A DNA stretch of 63,885 bases, the filler included, from Olpidium bornovanus S191 (lineage: Eukaryota; Fungi; Olpidiomycota), in assembly GCA_017911155.1 (NCBI GenBank). It is 31 parts of 31 records of this genome, joined end to end, with 100 filler letters (N's around TTAATTAATTAA, not from the genome) between each part and the next. Parts side by side here need not be neighbours in the genome. Positions count along the whole stretch, not along the records: positions 58,683 to 62,684 come from JAEFCI010003090.1; positions 62,785 to 63,885 come from JAEFCI010011528.1; 29 more parts are not named here. The stretch is one strand, 5' to 3'. Of this stretch, positions 61,384 to 63,885 are shown one piece after another (position 1 is the stretch's first letter; every line of letters starts with the position of its first letter). A model generated the notes under the pieces. The model did not search any database and was not told the origin of the DNA. It worked only from the letters and a program-made list of their open reading frames with translations. The position numbers were made by a program, and so were the translations under genes.

Positions 61384-62684
61384 TTAAGCCGCCGGGTCGG
61401 GCAGGCCTTTCTCGACCTTTCCCTCCACCACCGCGCCCGGGGCCGCGACTCTATTTCCGCGGTCCGAACTCGGCAGCCGCGGCAGCTGCGGCTTTGCCCG
61501 CGGCGGCGCGCGGTGCGGGCCCGTGACGTCACCGTTGCTTTTCTCGGTCGGCCGCGACGGGCAGCGCCGCTGCGACGGGCGCCGCTGCCTCGGGCTTTCG
61601 GCACCTGGCCGGCCGCCGCCGACCTCGCCGTGCTCCGCCGGCGCGGCGCTGAAGCCGTTGTTGACCGTGACGACGACGGATATATCCAGCCAGTTCCGCT
61701 GCGTCCGGGTTTTCTTCCGGCGCCAGAACCAGCTCCGCGGCTCGCAGGGCACGGCGGCGGCGGTCGACGCCGTCGTCTCGGGATCGGCGGCGCAGACCGC
61801 GCCGCCCTCCTTGCTGACGGTCGACAGCCGGGGTCCGCCGCGCGTTGACATGAAATACGTGTATCCGGTGGCGTCTTTGACGGCGGACTTGATGTTTCTG
61901 TCGAAGAGAAACATGAACGGGTTGCACATGCTGTGGAACAGAGCTCCCGTCGCGCCAAAGGCGTCCAGGACTGGGCTCGCTGGCCGCCGCGCATGGCAGG
62001 GGGGCGGGAAAAAAAAGAGGTGGGAGAAGGACAGCAAAAGTACCGGCGCCCGGCAGCGGTCAGCGGCGCCGAAAAAGCAAATTTGACCTCGGGAGCCCCG
62101 CAGGACGGGGGAGAACAAGAATTGGCGCAAGAACGGTTCCGGAGGACGAACGTGGTGGACTCACACTCGCGCTGCGTGAACATCTCCAGCAGAAACATCA
62201 TGTTGTAAACGCCCCAGCACCCGAAGAAGGTGGCGACGACGATGAGCGTGATGCGGGCGATGGCCCGCTCGCTGCGCAGGGCGCGGCCGGTGGCGCCGGC
62301 GTTCGCCCTCCCGGCGGCGGCCACGACCAGCCCCGTCTGGCCGGAGTTCGCCGAGACGTTTGCGTCGTCGGCGTCGGGGCTGGCGTTCCCGCTCGCGTTT
62401 GCGCCAGACTCGGCGAGGCGCAGCGAGAAGGCTGCGCCGTTGCGCGCCCCCCTCGCGCCCGGGTGCGCGCCGCCCGGCGGGCGCGGCGACCCGTCCAGGG
62501 TCTGTCTGCCCGCGGACAGCAGCCGGCGCGTGTTTTCCCGGATCGTCTCGAATATCCTCCGGTACATGACCGTGATCCCGCAGAGTCCCGTCGTGATCAC
62601 GCAGCAGCAGAGCACTGTGAATACGACTTCGTTGGGGCCCGAGAAGTACCAGCCGCCTGCCGAGGAGAACCAAACACACACACA
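61384..62684 (-). CDS. Class A (rhodopsin-like) GPCR, TM5-TM7 and C-tail, 5'-partial
   Basis: TM5 ..ITVMYRRIF, long ICL3, TM6 SERAIARITLIVVATFFGCWGVY and TM7 ALFHSMCNPFMF..IKSAV (helix 8). One intron at about 62165-61985. Confidence 0.82.
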
Positions 62685-62784
62685 NNNNNNNNNNNNNNNN
62701 NNNNNNNNNNNNNNNNNNNNNNNNNNNNTTAATTAATTAANNNNNNNNNNNNNNNNNNNNNNNNNNNNNNNNNNNNNNNNNNNN

Positions 62785-63885
62785 CAACCAACGCTGGGTC
62801 ACCACCGTTTGCGAAGCCGAAAAGTCCGTTCTCCTCTCAGCAGCAGGTGAACCTCCCGATGTCCAATCGAACCAGCCCACAAACATCGCAGGGAAACCTG
62901 CATGGTTCCGTGCTTAGTAAACGGACGAGCCCGCATGCTTCGCAGGCGTCTGTCACCTCTCCGACGTCGCTGCTCTCCAAGCCTGTTGGCGACATCGGCG
63001 CCGCTTCCGCTTTCGCCGCTATTTCACGCGGCTCGGAGGAGGACCTCCTCGACATAGCGCGCAACAAGTCTGCTTTGCTCAACAAGCGAACCTCATCCGG
63101 CAGCGTCCGTTTCACGCCTGAGGCGGCTCATACGGGTGGGGAACAGCGGCGACTGCGCGAGCAGCAGGAGCGCGAAGAGCGTGAGCGGGAGGAGCGCGCA
63201 TTCCGGGAGCGCGAGGAGGCGTCGTCGCGTCGCGATGACGGAGAACGCCGAAGGCTTGAGGCGGAGAAGGAGAAAATTGCCGCGCAAAGGAGGGAGGCGG
63301 AGGAGCGTGAGAGGGTTCGTGCCGTGGAGGTATTACGGAAACGGGAGGAGGAAGAGGAGAGGGAGCGCGTAGCTTTCCGGGAGCGGCAGGCCGAGGAAAT
63401 ACGCAAGGCGCAGGAGGACGAGGATCGCAGATGCGAAGCGCGAGAGGACGAACAGCGGAGGCGGAGGCAGGCTGAGCAAGAGCGGAGCCGAAACGAGACA
63501 GTGGCGGCAAAGGTTGTCGACACCGCCTCGGCCGCGGTTTCCAGAGTTGCGCACGCTCTTCAAGAAACCGCCGCGGCCGCGGCGGCGATGGCTTCGCAGT
63601 CTGTTCACCCCGACTCGGGACATTCCGGAAAAAAATGCGCCAGGGTCGTGTACGACTTCGACGCTGGTAAGTTTAAAGAAGGTGGCGTGGGTCTCTGAAG
63701 TCCCCGTTTCAGTTCTTTCCGAGCTGCGACCTCTTCCAGACTGAGCGCGCTCGCTGGGATTCTTTAGGGGAGGACAACGAGATGAGCCTAACTGAGGGCG
63801 AGATCATTACGGACATCGATCAGATCGACGAAGGGTGGTGGACTGGCGTTGGTTTGGGAGGGGCAAAGTCCGGGATGTTTCCATG
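62785..63885 (+). CDS. ABP1: Abp1/drebrin-like actin-binding protein, charged middle region plus C-terminal SH3 (partial)
   Basis: E/R-rich coil, then ARVVYDFDA-intron-GEDNEMSLTEGEIITDIDQIDEGWWTG..KSGMFP. Confidence 0.8.

Noticed and set aside
61384-62684. Fungal type-2 opsin (light sensor)
   Set aside because: TM7 position 7.43 is Leu rather than the retinal-binding Lys, so it is kept only as a class A GPCR.

Overview
This is eukaryotic, GC-rich, intron-containing DNA, not a continuous locus. It consists of 31 short contigs (about 1-4 kb) joined by 30 identical artificial 100-bp linkers (N44-TTAATTAATTAA-N44), so gene adjacency across linkers has no biological meaning. Gene content is fungal (VRG4, VPS5, NoxB, ABP1, SET3-type PHD, GEA/GBF1, OSH, TMA16, MIX23, DBP2, RCD1/CAF40). 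It also includes an AK9-like cilium-associated kinase, an SLC12 transporter and an animal-style class A GPCR, which together suggest an early-diverging zoosporic fungus (inference; an Olpidium-like or chytrid-like organism is compatible but cannot be confirmed here). Ty1/copia remnants, the 3' end of a Ty3/gypsy element and a probable hAT-type transposon end are present. The strongest leads are: (1) a glycosyltransferase fusing a GT32-like domain to an animal B4GALNT1/GT12-like module; (2) an unrecognised protein family encoded antisense between the gypsy integrase and the PPT/3' LTR, with a second diverged copy on another contig; (3) a class A GPCR lacking the opsin lysine; (4) an orphan protein built from a 27-aa charged helical repeat. 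All family calls come from motif recognition by eye; no searches were run.
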